From positions 89,290,113 through 89,354,112 of the forward strand of contig NC_068988.1 in the NCBI RefSeq assembly GCF_001194135.2: a DNA stretch of 64,000 nt, given 5' to 3'. Of the stretch, positions 12,632-27,110 are shown piece after piece (position 1 is the stretch's first letter; every line of letters begins with the position of its first letter). The position numbers and the translations under genes were made by a program. The notes below the pieces were generated by a model. It did not search any database. It was not told the origin of the DNA and saw only the letters and a program-made list of their open reading frames with translations. The stretch is from Octopus bimaculoides (taxonomy: Eukaryota).

Positions 12632-13165
12632 AAGAGAGAGACAGATAGATAGATATGCATACATATATACGTATATATATTCATATATATTATAGAGAGA
12701 ACCGTATGATTATATCTGTTTGTTGTATGTGTGTAAATGTATAATTATCTGTGTGTGCGTGCGTGTATCTGCATAAAATTGTGTTCATATTTGTTGATGT
12801 TCATATGTGTATCTATTACTATAACATCGAAAGTCGGTTTCATTTCAAGACCACAAGGGAACTCATCCCTCACGAACATCATCTTCATTGATACCAGCAA
12901 CATTCACCCAATCCTCCTCATCCTTCTAATTCTCATCAAGATCGGCCTCACATCTCCACAAATTGGCGCATTGGCTACAGATTCGTTGCTGATATTTTAA
13001 TTTCTTTTAGCCCTTAGCTAGTAAACCTGCGATCAAATTCGTTGTACTTTCACCTTCGTCCGGCTGCTTTAGAGAAGTATTCCCCAATGAATTCTATTGT
13101 TCAATCTTGAAGAGATTTCGGGAAATTTTGTTAGTTGTATTTAGTTCTTACAATAACCGTGTGTA

Positions 13166-13484
13166 GGCACGTGGTTTAGTGGATTATTTATTCGGTTCTC
13201 GGTCGTGAGATCGTGAGTTCGACACCAGGCAGTGCGTTGCGTTGTTTCCTTGAGCGAAGTACTTTATATCAGGTTGCCCCAATCCACTCAGCTGGCCAAA
13301 TTAGAAATACCTGTTGTTCAAAGAGTTACCCATATTACATTGTGTGTAACGCTGAATCTCCCTGCAAACTACGTTAAGGGTACGCGTATCTGTGGACTGT
13401 TCAGCGATGTGTACGTTAATTTCACGAGCAGGCTGCTCCGTTGATCGGATCAACTGTAATTCTTGTCGTAACCGACGGAGTACC
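13166..13484 (+). mobile_element. tRNA-derived SINE with a different head but the family-C 3' tail
   Basis: Head ggcacgtggtttagtgg..gagttcgac. Tail actacgttaagggtac..ttaatttcacgagcaggctg..gttgatcggatcaactg..gtcgtaaccgacggagtacc is shared with 8365-8743. Confidence 0.85.
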
Positions 13485-13720
13485 GTTCTCTTTACAAATA
13501 CAGTGACCGCACAATAACTGCTTTATAGGCTCTAGAGACGACTATTCTGATGAAAATATGGGAACTTACTCAACGTTGAGGGGAGAGCATTTTCAAATAT
13601 TTAAAATGACTATTTGGATGAGAGAAAAATTCAAGTTCAGTGGTTAACGTTATTCATATGAAATCAAAGAAAAGGTGCGACGAAATTAAGTTGCCATTAT
13701 CGAAAGAAGCTTTGGTAGTT

Positions 13721-14060
13721 GGCTATAATATTTGAAAATGAAAGCGTTAAGTTTTGGTTGTAAACACTTCGTTAAAAGATTTTGGAATGAAATAATTATC
13801 TACGGTTATAATATGTAGGAATGAAAGAATTAGCTACGCGTTATAATATTTAGGAATAAAAGCTTTAAGCTGTGGTTATAATATTCAAGACTGAAAGAAT
13901 TAGCTTTGGGTTATAATATTTAGAAATGAGAACGGCACGTGGTTATTATATCTAGGAATAAAATTATTTGGATGTGATTATAATCGTTGGAAATGAAATA
14001 ATTGAAACATGGTTATATTTAAAAACGGAACCACTTGCACCGGGTTACATTATTTAGGAC
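13721..14060 (+). repeat. Degenerate ~33-35-bp minisatellite (~9 units)
   Basis: Recurring ggttataatat(t/g)tag(g/a)aatgaaa followed by a variable second half. Confidence 0.8.
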
Positions 14061-14076
14061 TTCGTGCAAAATGTAT

Positions 14077-14241
14077 AACGGCGTTTCGTCCGTATTTTTG
14101 TTCTGAGTTCAAATTCCGCCGAGGTCAACTTTGCCTTTTCCCCTTTCGGTGTTGATAAAATAAGTACCATTTGAGTACTTGAGTCGATGTAATCGACTTA
14201 AGCTCTTTCCCGAACTCGATGGCATTGTGCCAAAATTTGAA
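14077..14241 (+). mobile_element. SINE family B, 5'-truncated
   Basis: ttctgagttcaaattccgccgaggtcaactttgcc..gataaaataagtacca, homologous to 29111-29338. Confidence 0.85.
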
Positions 14242-14734
14242 GGTAATTTTTAGGAAAGAAATATTTGCACATAGATAAGACATTCCTTTCATAAAGTCTT
14301 CGCAGTAATAAGAACACCTCCTGACATGCTTAAGTATCATTAGACTTCATCTTTGATATTGTTTTTCATATTGTTTTTCATTTCCAACCTCGACTTTCAA
14401 TAAAGCATCACTTCAAAGATGTGTAAGAAATGAAGACGATTTCAACAGACGTCAGTAACACTCGATTGTCTAGATTTTAAAAAAATGTCTCGTCCGCCTG
14501 TATTTTGAGACTTTATTGCTCTTAGTGACTGAATTCTTGAGACGTTTACTTATACGCATATCTCAATACTGCTTATTAAGCTGCCACCAGTATGAACCTC
14601 TTCCAATGTTATATTATCAAAACATGTAGGAGTCGTCAGAAATTACAGGTATCTACCATTATTACTTGCAAATGCTAAAGCAAAGTAGTCTATAGATGGT
14701 CACCCTGTTATATTAAATAATAACTCGTGATTTA

Positions 14735-14898
14735 GGCACAAAGCCAGCAATTGTCGGAGAAGGATAGTCAATTAAATCCACTCTAGTACTGAAATAGTAC
14801 TTTGTCTTTTCGACCTCGGTGGGATTTCAACTCAGAAATTAAAGAGCTAGAAAATATGCGACTATTTTTCCGACGCTCTATCTATTCGGCGAGTTCAC
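14735..14898 (-). mobile_element. SINE family B, degenerate
   Basis: cgacctcggtgggatttcaactcagaa is the reverse complement of the family-B core. Confidence 0.6.
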
Positions 14899-15762
14899 GA
14901 AATTACTATCTTAAATAATGATATATAAATTGAGAAATAACGTACTAGACGCATTTGATGAGGTGGCCACAGATGGAACACATTTTGTGGAAGGGGCACT
15001 CGATCTGGAATGAGGTGGAGCTAAGCAACTACGTCAACAGCATTCCATCTTTCAACACCACCGCCCGCAACAACATGAACACCAACAACAACAATAGAAA
15101 TGACCAAAATATCCATAAAGAAATGTTAGCAGAGTTTGGATTAAATTGAGTAGGAACCTAAGATTAAAATATGTCATTGTGTAGAATATTTCCCGTGCCA
15201 TTGATAATGTCGTTCCGCGATACAATCACAAATAACAAGATGATTAATTGTAGAAGATTTTCTAGTCTGTTTAGATAAAGTTCAAATTTATTGTTTGCCA
15301 GAACAGTTTCATAATAATTTAGAGGTTTTAAATTGCAGTTTTGTTTTGTAAAAGAGAACGGATAAAAAAAAATATATGGGCAAAGCGAAAATATAATTTC
15401 ATGAGAACGAAATAACCTATTTTTTATCAGATCATCCCTGTTATCAAAACTGATAAATTACTGTGGTGAGTGCTTTAAAGGAAGAGCTAACATACAGGCA
15501 TATAATGTGTGAAGTTTGGTTTCAATCCACGTTAATGCAATTTTATGATACATCCCCAGTCAAATCATATTTCGATAGCAGCCACACAGAAATGTCATAC
15601 TTTTATTAAACTCGTTCAACTAGAGAGCAATTCTTTCACATTTCAGCACAATATCATAGAAGTCTGAATGCCTTTGTGGGAAAGCAAATCTGTGATGTTA
15701 CGCCATTAATACCGTTCTCTCACTCTCAATCCACACTATTGCATATTATATATGTATATATA

Positions 15763-16034
15763 TGGCTTGCTTGTTAGGGTGCTGCACTCACAATTGCGAG
15801 TTAGTGGGTTCGATTCCCAGACCGGGCATTCCGTTATGTTCTTGAGCAAAGCACTTCATTTTACGTTGCTCTACAATCATTTCGACATCTGACTTGTGGC
15901 ACCCATTTGCACCTGTACAAGCAATGTCGATTTGATGGAGGGAGTGAGTTTATGTCTACACAAACATTTGATCACTATAAACAAATCATCTCTGTGGTTG
16001 TTCGGTAAGAAATTGTCGAACTCTCATAGGTCGG
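15763..16034 (+). mobile_element. tRNA-derived SINE (fourth type)
   Basis: A-box-like tggcttgcttgttagg and B-box gggttcgattccc, then gttcttgagcaaagcacttc; tail unrelated to family C. Confidence 0.7.
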
Positions 16035-16362
16035 CTAAAGACAGGAGAATATGTTATTATGTTACTTGCATGTATCAGTGTATTATTGATATGCATTCCA
16101 GTTTAACGTCCCATGCGAGTTACAATAAACATTTTCCGAACCACATTTTATTTGTTTTAGATTTTATTAAAAGCTAGAAAGAGTGTTTATCTACACAGAA
16201 ATTTAACAAACTCAGTTGAACTAATAGTTTCAACACAATTACAATGCCAGACACTATTGAATTTAGTTTAAATTCAAGCGAGACTCTCATCCCAGTAGCT
16301 TCACATTCATAATAGTCATCAATCCTTTATTTCTTTCCTTTTCTATTAGCCTCTCATTTTCT

Positions 16363-16367
<5 letters not shown>

Positions 16368-16436
<69 letters not shown>
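16368..16436. repeat. (CT)n microsatellite
   Basis: Direct sequence. Confidence 0.97.
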
Positions 16437-16441
<5 letters not shown>

Positions 16442-17378
16442 CTTCCGATTTTTCTGTGTATAGTTGTGCATGTGTGTGGCGTTCGTTTAAAATTAATAAG
16501 CACATGACAAAGACACAAAGTGAAAATAGACCATGATTAAATTGTTTGATGTAAACTTAGAATTTTCGAACTTAAATGCTTCTTCAGGAATTTATATAGA
16601 ATTAGGAAAAAGTGTGGAGAAAGACAAAAAAAGCAGTGGAAAAAAAGTAGAGAGAGCGCGAGAAAGAGAGAGAAAAGGAGAAAGAGATACATATATATAT
16701 ATTTATAGGTATCGCTTTCTTCTCATATGCATACTCATACACACACACACAGCCACTTAAATATACGTATATAAAGGTATTACACCCACCCACTTACATA
16801 TACATATATAAAGGTATTATTTATCTCCACTTAAAAGTGAATGCTCTGTTAAAATATTATGATAGTTACCATTACTAAACCTCTCGTATAGGCTTTTGGC
16901 GTATATAAGCACTATTGTTTACACCACTAGCGAGAGAAAAATTCTGCTTAATCGCTACCGCCGTGATTACCATGTCCCATGATTTCGCCCTTTGTTCGCC
17001 TTGTCAGTGGTAGACGCTCGACCAATGGAAATACCATAAGATATTGTGCATAAGAATAGATACTGTGTTAGAACACAGTATATTGCTATAATTAACATGG
17101 GATAACCTCTCATACAGGCTTTTGATGATTATAAGCACTTTTGTTTACATCGCTTGCATGACATAAATTACCCACCACTATTGAAGCCGAGACTACTAGA
17201 TTACGTTATTTCAGTCTTTATTGGACTTTTCAATGTCTGTTCCCCACTCTTTTTTCTTTTTTTTTTTTTACAGAAAACGACATTACCAAACATGCATATT
17301 CTGAAAACATACGTTTCATTTCAAATCCCCAGTGGAGAAGTAAAACAGAAAAATATCATATTTTATCTATCTAATCTA

Positions 17379-17416
<38 letters not shown>

Positions 17417-18298
17417 ATAACTGCAGATATGAAATCCAATTTAAACGGTAGATCCGACGCTGAGGTTCATCCTTGGTTTGACATTTGTATAAAAATAAAC
17501 ATAAATGGCGTTCAAATTTCTGACTAATATTTCGATAAAATTTTATTAACGCATTCGAAGATAAAACATCATAACATTATCCATCCAGTGAAAATTTACA
17601 CTTGTCAGACTTTGAACATCTGATATTTCTTCTGTATACTTGAACGAATACAACATCATAGATCACTAATATATGAGTGAATTAATAAAACTATACCGAA
17701 ACAGTTGTCGTAGATTTTACTTACACACACATACACAAATTCACTTACACACGCATACACAAAAACAGACGGTCCCATAGAGGACACTGTTGCTGGTGTT
17801 TTTAGCGTCAGGAATACATCTCCAGTTAGCTTACGACACACTGTCAGTGCCCAATTAGTATTTGCAAGGAGAGGTCATCGCTCCTTACGTGATATACAGA
17901 GACCCGGGATTCTGGGTGGTTACCTGTCTTCAGTGTGTGATTATCAGCAGTAAGTGATGAAAACCCATCCCACTCGCAAAATAATATATAATTTCTCTAG
18001 TAAGAAACTGTCGCTGATCTCGAGAAAGGAGAAATAAGCTCTATTAAATCTCCGTGTGAGAGGTATAGAGTAACAGTACGGAATCGTAAAATATATTTGC
18101 CAATTAAATGTGGCATTCCCATAGAGGACGATGTAACTGTTGTTTTTAGCCCAAGAAAGACATAGCAGAAGTAACACTGTATTACATCTGTTAAATACTA
18201 ATAAAAAAATATATGTATACATATACTAATATTTTGAGTTTTACTTTTCCTCTTTGCATCACCACTTCTCTCTCTCTCTCTATCTCTCTCTCTCTCTC

Positions 18299-18338
<40 letters not shown>

Positions 18339-20246
18339 GTTGTATATATTAGCGTGATCGAGAGAGAACGCGCACCCGTGTATGTGCGAATGTATACTCA
18401 GGCACGCTACTTCAGTTATAAGTATTTCGTATATACATACCATTGATTTTGTTATGAATGCAAGAAGCCCTAACAGAGAGGTTACTGAACGGCAACACCA
18501 TATCCTTACACCAATATAAACGACGATCGCCATTAATGTTATTGACAACATAGCATATGTGAATATTTAACACAAACTAATAATCTAATTTATGATTCGT
18601 AGATTGCATACTTGTTCAAAGGACATTATTGCATTGAATACCCAAACACACTTAAGTCTACATACTGATGCACTTAACACTCATTCTTAAATAATGCAGG
18701 TACTAAAACGCTGCATAATTTTAGACCCAAATAACTACTTGAGACATGTCCACAGTAAAATATAGATAACTATTTTAACTTGAATATTTGTTCGATTTTA
18801 GTGGTATAGCCTGTATTATTCAATCTGTTTTACAATATTATAATGGAGCTTTTAGAGTAATTTAATATACTATTGAATTTTTTATAATATTATAAGCCAA
18901 ATTTTAGAGTAATGTATTTTATTAATCTCTCTTTATATCGGTTGCCATATTTAAGTCACCTGAAATCCTTCTTCTCTTTTATTCTCGAGACAGACGTAAA
19001 TGAAGCTTATTCGCTTGTTGAGAGAAGAACCATTCATGTATTAGTACACATATATAGGCACTAACATAAACACATATATACCGGTAAGTGGTAACTTAAC
19101 TAAGAGATTTTTTTTTAATCGAGCAGAATTTCCTGTAACTGGATAACATTTTAAAATCTCCTACTCAATTTAATAATCAGCTTTTTCATTCACCTCCATG
19201 GTGATTCAGTTTTGCGGCCTTATAACAGTCTGTATTAACGAAACTTCTGTCTCCTAAACGTACTTTAATTCGTTATACTCTACACTTTCTTGCATAAACT
19301 TCCGTATTATTCACTACTCAGACCTCGTCTTTAGTTCTCTGTCTCTTTCTCTCTTCTGCTATGTGTTTGTGTCCATGCCTGTCTGTCTGTTGGTTTGTGT
19401 CTCTGTTTTTATATCGCTGCATTTCTCTTTCTATAAGTACGCATATGTTTCTCTGTGCATTAGCAATATTATTTTCTTCCACTATTCGTATACGTGTTAG
19501 TCAGCGAATCTCTCCGATCAGCTATGCTAAAATTAACGTTCGTTTTTTTATATGTCCTTTACTTTAAACATTTCTGATTCTGTTTCATTATTTTCTTATG
19601 CACTGTATATGGCTCCCGTTCCTGTCGCTGTCTATCTCTTTCTGTCTGTATCTCCCCCCCCCCACTCTCTCACTCTCTGGCGGGGACTGTCTGTAGGTCT
19701 ATCTGTGTCTCTGGGTCACTCTCTCTGACTCTCGCTGTCTCTTTCTGTCACTGTGTTTCTCTCTGTCGCTGTGTCACATTGTGTCGCTTTATGTCTCTCT
19801 CTTAGCCTCATTCTATCTCTGTGTCTCCTCTCTCTGTCGCTCTCTCCTTGCACCCCACTCTTTCTCTGTTGCATTCTTTCTCGGCGATTCTTTTTTTATC
19901 TCTCTCTCCCTGTTCCTTTCTATCTCTATTTGCTATTCTCTCTCATTCTCTCTTTCAATCCCTCGCTCTATCTCAATTTATTTCTATCACTTTCAGACAT
20001 GCTGTCTGTGTTTCATAACAGTTATTCGTCAATGTCACTAATTTCTTAGTTGCTCTTTCTCGTTTTGTCAATCGTATGTCGTTACTATTTTCATTTCTGC
20101 GCCATACACTTTTTGTTATTTACTCGTTCACGATACACCGTTAATTGTTTCCTGTATCACCTTTTCACTCACTATTTCACAGAGACAATTTTAACTTTTA
20201 TTTTCTCTTTCTATATACGTACACACATACATACAAGGACACACTC

Positions 20247-20357
<111 letters not shown>

Positions 20358-20855
20358 CACAGCCATAATCACTCATAAACGCACATTCATGTATAAAGAG
20401 AGTGGATAGGTGCAAGTAGCGAACTCAATTTTTGTCTTATCATATCTACTTATATGCTTTCCCATCTATCTGTCTTGTCGTTTCTCTCCTACATCTATAA
20501 CTACTTATTTCACCACACACCGTTTCCAAATAACTACATCTTTTCTATGAGATAATGTATTCATTATTTATTCATCATTGCAGGTATAGGCATATGTATA
20601 TACATATATGCGTGCTAACACATACGTGCTGATGCCTCTAGCAAACTAGCTCTCACACCTCACTGTCTATCTCTATCTCAAGATATGTGTGTGTGTGTGT
20701 GTACATATGTATGTATGCATACACAGAGCGAAAGCGAGAGATACGGAGAATGAGTGGGGAACATTAAAGAAATCTTGAAATATATGGGGTGATGAAGTCT
20801 GACAAATAAGTTTTATAGAGCGGAAGAAAAAGTGACTCTCATATGTGTGTGTATG

Positions 20856-20920
<65 letters not shown>

Positions 20921-23900
20921 TTACAAATACATATACACATATGTATACAAGACCAACGTAACAAAATGACAAGAGATCAACGTATGAAAAATAATACAAC
21001 GGACAATAGATGGTTTTGTTGTTGGTTTAGAACTTATGTTTAAGTGTACAGACGGATGAACTTAGACAAACATATTTTGTTATGCTGTTCTCTCACATTA
21101 TTCTAAACAATACATAGCACTACCGAATCAATATAACTTTGTGACTCGATATATTGCAACGTAACTGCGTAGTCAATTGGTGGCACCGTTGTTGATAGTA
21201 GATCTGCAAACCTTACTTACTATTTTCCAAATCTGAACTCTCTGAATTTAGGTCCGATCTTTTTTGGCACTACGCTCCCTCCGTTCTCATTCTAACAGTC
21301 CAAGTTTGAAGACAGGTGGATTGTTAAAATATTCGATATGATTCCCTGTGGTAAATAGCTCAACATAAATAGTTCAAAGATATTTTCGAGAGAATGACGA
21401 AATTTGCTATTTGCTTAAAACATCGTTAGTAACGAGGAGGAAGAAATCATGCTCGTATAATAAACTGTTAGTTTTACACATCATCGTCATCATCACCATT
21501 GTCATCATCATCAACACCGTCGTCGTCGTTGTTATCATCATCATCATCCAATTTTTTTTTCTCTTATCTTAATCGATAATTTCAATCTCAAGTGTTCTGC
21601 ATTTCTTCCGGTTGACCACGTTGAATATCTAAAACCCTCAAAGCACAATTTTCCTCTCGAACAAATCGGCTTAAATGAAATAAGTACTTATAAATTCCTT
21701 GAATTTTATTGCATGTCCACCTTCGAAATTTTTATCTGTGTTTCTAAAGATTGGTAGAATCTTTAGAACATCAAACAGCATATATTTATTTCCTTTTTAT
21801 ATCAAATTTACATTTTTCTTCCGGAAACAAAAAATAAATTACCATTGGAATGAAATTCGATTCAGTCAAGGAACTATGTCTCCCCACCCCACCAACTCAA
21901 ACTTTTGTTTATACGTGTATGTTAGTATTATTTTCATTATCACATTTATTATTCATTAGTTGCGAAAACCCGAAGAAGCGTATTTCGTTAAATAACAATT
22001 ATTTTCAACATGGAGAACATTCACAAAATATCCAAAGGGAACAAGAATAATTAACTTCAACGAGAATGTTCAAGATTAAGAAACATTTCCAGTGTCAGGG
22101 AACATTTTAAAGTTCAATAAATGCAGTATGTAGGAAGAACAACACAATTTTTTTATGCACCCTAGTTTTAGTTCTATCTAGAATGTATTTTAAATGTAAC
22201 CTTCCAGATATTCTACCAAAATCTTTAGATATAAGTTTCGGGATATGTCAATCTTTTGAATTATGAATAGTCATCCCTTTCTGTCATACCATTTTTAGTT
22301 TCACAGTTAGATTTGTTGTCTTCAGATGAATTTTGTTTTACTAGTTAGACTTTTGGTATTATCATACTAATAGGTAAAATAACGTAATATCGTAATGGAT
22401 ATTTTGGCAGATTTTAACGCACTATGTAGGATTCATTACGTACACTAAATTCGGTAGTATCTTCCCATGCTAATTCATACGTGTACCGCAGTAAGGCGTA
22501 TATATATACCTGTATTTTGTTTGCCGAAGCTAGTGTGGACCAACCTGCTCCGTTGCTAGGGATTGTCTCATATAGGTGTCATTCGTCAACTATTGTATTA
22601 AACATGGTTATTTACGGTACAATTGATGGTGATGGTCTTCTCATGCATCGCAAATACTGTCGGTTGTGCTAGTCTATTCGCGATAACACAAGGAATCTGT
22701 TAGAGAAATAATTTTAAAATCATATAAGGTACATCCAGTTCATGAAAATATCAGTCATGCTAAGGTAGATCTCTTTGTTTATTCACTACGGTTATCAATA
22801 TGTCCATGTTTTGTGCTGCTTTATGTTCACTCCTCGGCTTAGTTTACTTTTGATATTATCAGTACGAATGCTAATCCGATTTCTTTGAAGAAATTTACTG
22901 CAGCTGACATAGTTTACTTGCTAATGTTTAGTCCTCAAATCCACCTAGGAAGTCTATTTGCAAGTTCGAAAAGTAATAGGCAAATATAATAATTTTTTTA
23001 GTTCCTGTATTGCTCACTTCTTACACATATAGAATCACTCACTGTCAGTCTTATAGTATACTTTGTGGGGTTCGTTTACATGATATCTCCAATTATAGTC
23101 CATGGAACCTTGTTCTCTTACGTTATCGTTAAATGTGCACAGAGCATAAGTTATCGCTGCAACTAATCGTATGTTCAACGCACATAAAATACACTTAGTA
23201 CTGCAATAAGTTTTTCAGAAATGTCTATCTATGTCAAAACATAAATATTTCATTCTCCTGCAAAGAACTCTCAGATATGTGTGCACGCATCCACACGCAT
23301 ACAGTGAGACAAACACACACATAAGATTATAATAGCATAGATGAGGTTGATGATGATTATAATAATAATAAATACACATACAGACGCACGCACACACACA
23401 CACACACACATGTATACACAGACGCTGGGTAATGAGATAAGAGAGTATTGTTCAAACGGTACTATGGAATTAGTCTTACCGAGTTAAAATTCCCAAAATG
23501 TGTTGAAAAAATATTCATAATATATTATGTATTATGTGAAGATGCAACATAATTATATAGAGTTAAAATATTAGGCGGGAAGTGCTTGAATCTGCTACGA
23601 CTTATAAAGAAATTAAGTATAATATACGTGATATATCGGAGCGCTAATAACGCTACTTTAAAAATATATTGGCAAAAACATGTGAATGTGCAGTGTATTT
23701 CAACGCATTGAAATAAACATGCAGAAAGTTACATGGATAGGAATGTAATACGTCTATATTTAAACATTTAAACCTATGGAAAAAGTGGAAATTACACGCC
23801 AAAACCAAAATATATGTATATATATTTATGGATGTTTGCTAAAATGGAGTGTCGTCAACCAAATATCATATACATTATGAGCTTTGCAAGAGCACAGATT

Positions 23901-24632
23901 TTTGTTCTTAAAATATTGCAATGATACTATATCCTAAAATCAAAGAATGACTTAAAACGTATTATTGAAAGTTTATGGATTTTAGTAGACATCTTTGTGC
24001 TATTCGACTTCTAGTATTGAAATTATTTCTATAATTTCCCACATAACTATAAATGAACCCGAAAATACCTATTTGAGATTTCAATTAATTGCTTGAAAAT
24101 ATTTATTTTCTGATTCCCATTTGTCCGGTGATATTATATAGATTTGAATGCATGAACAATATTCCAAGTCGACTAAATCGAAGCGGCACATTAAGATCGA
24201 TAAAATTTTAGCCTGTATTTTTGAAATATTTGCATTAAAATATATCTGGAATATATAATTTACATATGAATATAATAACATCAAAACAACTTATTCAATT
24301 AATATAGTCCCTTCCCAAAAAATATAGTCCTCTTAACATGCGAGTCCCCTCAATTAAACATGTTAAATTAATTATTTTCCTTAATAATAAGTATCCTTTA
24401 AATATAAATTCACTTAGGAATCTACCAAATGAAACAACGTATTCAATATTGCAGAGAAATAATTTTAAAGTATCATTATCTCGTACTAACTTTCATTTAT
24501 CATTGCTTATGTTTGTGAGAAATTAATTTCTGACCTAAATATTTCTTGTGAATACATTGATACAGTACCATTCATATTAATGCAAACATATTTGAAAGTA
24601 GCTTTTGGCTTCAAGATAAAGAAAGTTTCCGG

Positions 24633-24653
24633 AATCTGGCACAAAATGCTGGT

Positions 24654-24696
<43 letters not shown>

Positions 24697-24744
24697 TAGA
24701 GATATATATATATATGTATGTATACTAGCATTTTGTGCCAGATT
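24633..24744. repeat. Palindrome centred on a (TA)n tract
   Basis: aatctggcacaaaatgctggtatacatacatata ... tatatgtatgtatactagcattttgtgccagatt, with 1 mismatch in the non-TA part. Confidence 0.95.
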
Positions 24745-25241
24745 TTACCTAATTGTATAGTACGTTTAAAGCGTTTGCATTGAAATGTTACAGCATCACC
24801 ATTGAACATGTCTACATATATATTGGCCTGTACAGGTAATTTTAAGATTCAGCGTGTTTGCAACAAGTGTCAGTCTGACATTGTGATTCTGAAAGTGAAT
24901 TTTCTGACGGTAAAGTCAAATGCTTGAGAATGCCTACATACAACATATTACATGAAGTGCGTAGCTCAGCCACCCTTACGCCTGAACTAGTCATCCATCG
25001 CTATTAAGATTCTCCTCATGCTTTTATGAAACAAATCTTCTTTTGTTCAGTAAAGAAAATCTGTACCTCAATTCTTTTTATTTTCGGTTACTCGCAGATC
25101 AAAATAATTACTGAACGATTCCCGAATACAGCCATCACAATCTGTTTATTTCTTGTGTGTATATATTAGATATTGAAATTCTCGAGTGTGTTGGGTATGA
25201 TGTATGGGTAATTTACCTGATAATTCTAGAAGGCTGACTGA

Positions 25242-25277
<36 letters not shown>

Positions 25278-26363
25278 TTTCTTTCTCTCTTCTCGTTGAG
25301 CACCTAAACTATTTCAATAAATGAATTCCATTCAATCATTTAGGTTATCTTCACATTTATATACGCATTATCTCTCACACACACGCAGCACAAAGGCACA
25401 CATCTACAAAGGCACACATAAATATAAAGATGTCTAAACACATGCACATGCTTAGAAACACAGGCAAGTATGTAACCACACTTAAAGAAACGTTCACTTT
25501 TCCAGATAAACAGACAAGTAACTTGTGCATGCACATACAACGTATCACCTCATAATACATACAATCGCGGACTCTTATATACAACCACCCAAACAAACAC
25601 ACACGGACACACAAAACACATACACACATTATATTTCTATTTAAGACAATTGTTTACGATTTTGGTGATAGTAGCGGTGGTAGAGATGTGAATGAAGAGT
25701 TGTGGTGAAGATGATAGAAGAGATGATGGCGGATGTGTGTGCATGGAGACAAATAGGGAGGTTGGCAAAAAGTTGTTGAGAATGAGAAGTAAAGGAGAAG
25801 AAGAATAAAATAGGGTGAGGATATGTAAGAGGAGGAGGATAATGAAGACTAGGTCGTCGATCATTTAAAATTGGTTCAATATCGAAATGGAACTTCGATG
25901 ATAAGTAAGAAAGGAAAGAAAGAAGAACAGAAAAAAAATTACCGATGTTTGGCAGCAATGTATACAACAGCTACAAAAACAATAATATTGGCCACAACAA
26001 CATCAATCGCAATAACTACAACAACAACATAAAGAACATTAGCAATAATAACTACAAACAGAAGATCAGGGCAGACAATAACAACAACAACAACTGGAAT
26101 AGCAATAAGAATAACAATAACAACAACAGATCAGCCGGTCGTCGTTCAACATTGCCAGAATCTGCCGTGATTTCTATTTTATCTGTTTGGAAATGTTTCA
26201 CCAATATTTTATTGGATGTTTCTTTAAACACCCATTTATCCATCAGTCTATATACACACTCACACACACACACACATATGCATTGATACCGGATGATACC
26301 ATACACAAGTAAATATATGCAAGCATACATGCATACATACATATATATATATATATATGTATG

Positions 26364-26412
<49 letters not shown>

Positions 26413-27009
26413 NNNNNNNNNNNNNNNNNNNNNNNNNNNNNNNNNNNNNNNNNNNNNNNNNNNNNNNNNNNNNNNNNNNNNNNNNNNNNNNNNNNNNNNN
26501 NNNNNNNNNNNNNNNNNNNNNNNNNNNNNNNNNNNNNNNNNNNNNNNNNNNNNNNNNNNNNNNNNNNNNNNATATATATATATATGAAGACGGAGAGAGA
26601 CAGAGAGAAGTGAGAGACAAAAAAAGATACGTAAATATTCGTGCACAGCGATACACACAGATGCACATAACCTACCAAATATACTTTAGTGCTGAAAGTA
26701 GACCTAATGCAAGAACAGGATATTTCAGCAGACTTCAAAAATTATTTAAGTATTGAACTATGAAATCTGCCTAGTGTTATACTGTAATGTTTTAGAAATA
26801 GCAATGTTATAACCGACATTAGAGGAATGTATATTGTTGAGGTCAAGGGAGACATTAAACCCCCTTGTTAACTTAGGCATCAAGAGGTATAAAAAATATT
26901 TTCAAAGGAAATTCACGACCTCATTGTGTCTCGTACAGATCAACTGCCCAGAAAAATCATGAAGAGAAACCTTGATATTAGTTTCAACGTTTGGAATAAA
27001 ATGGCAGCA

Positions 27010-27110
27010 ATTTCAGTGAGTGAGTAACTCAATTACATCGACCCTAGTAAACAACTGATACTTATTTTATTACTCCTAAAACGCTAAAAGGCAAAAATCA
27101 ACCTTAAGTG
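27010..27110 (-). mobile_element. SINE family B core fragment
   Basis: aattacatcgaccctagtaaacaactgatacttattttat resembles the reverse complement of the family-B core. Confidence 0.5.

Noticed and set aside
12825-13010. Acidic minus-strand reading (EADLDEN*KDEEDWVNVAGINEDD), piggyBac N-terminus-like
   Set aside because: Low complexity with a stop codon and no diagnostic motif.
13721-14060. CRISPR-like repeat/spacer appearance
   Set aside because: The unit is only ~34 bp in total, the variable halves are still related to each other, there are no cas genes, and the context is eukaryotic.
14950-15050. TTGATGAG..GCAACTACGTC hammerhead-like
   Set aside because: Stems I and II do not pair convincingly.
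22400-22980. Possible R2/NeSL RT relic (AAVNFFKEIGL)
   Set aside because: A single weak motif; could not be extended by eye.
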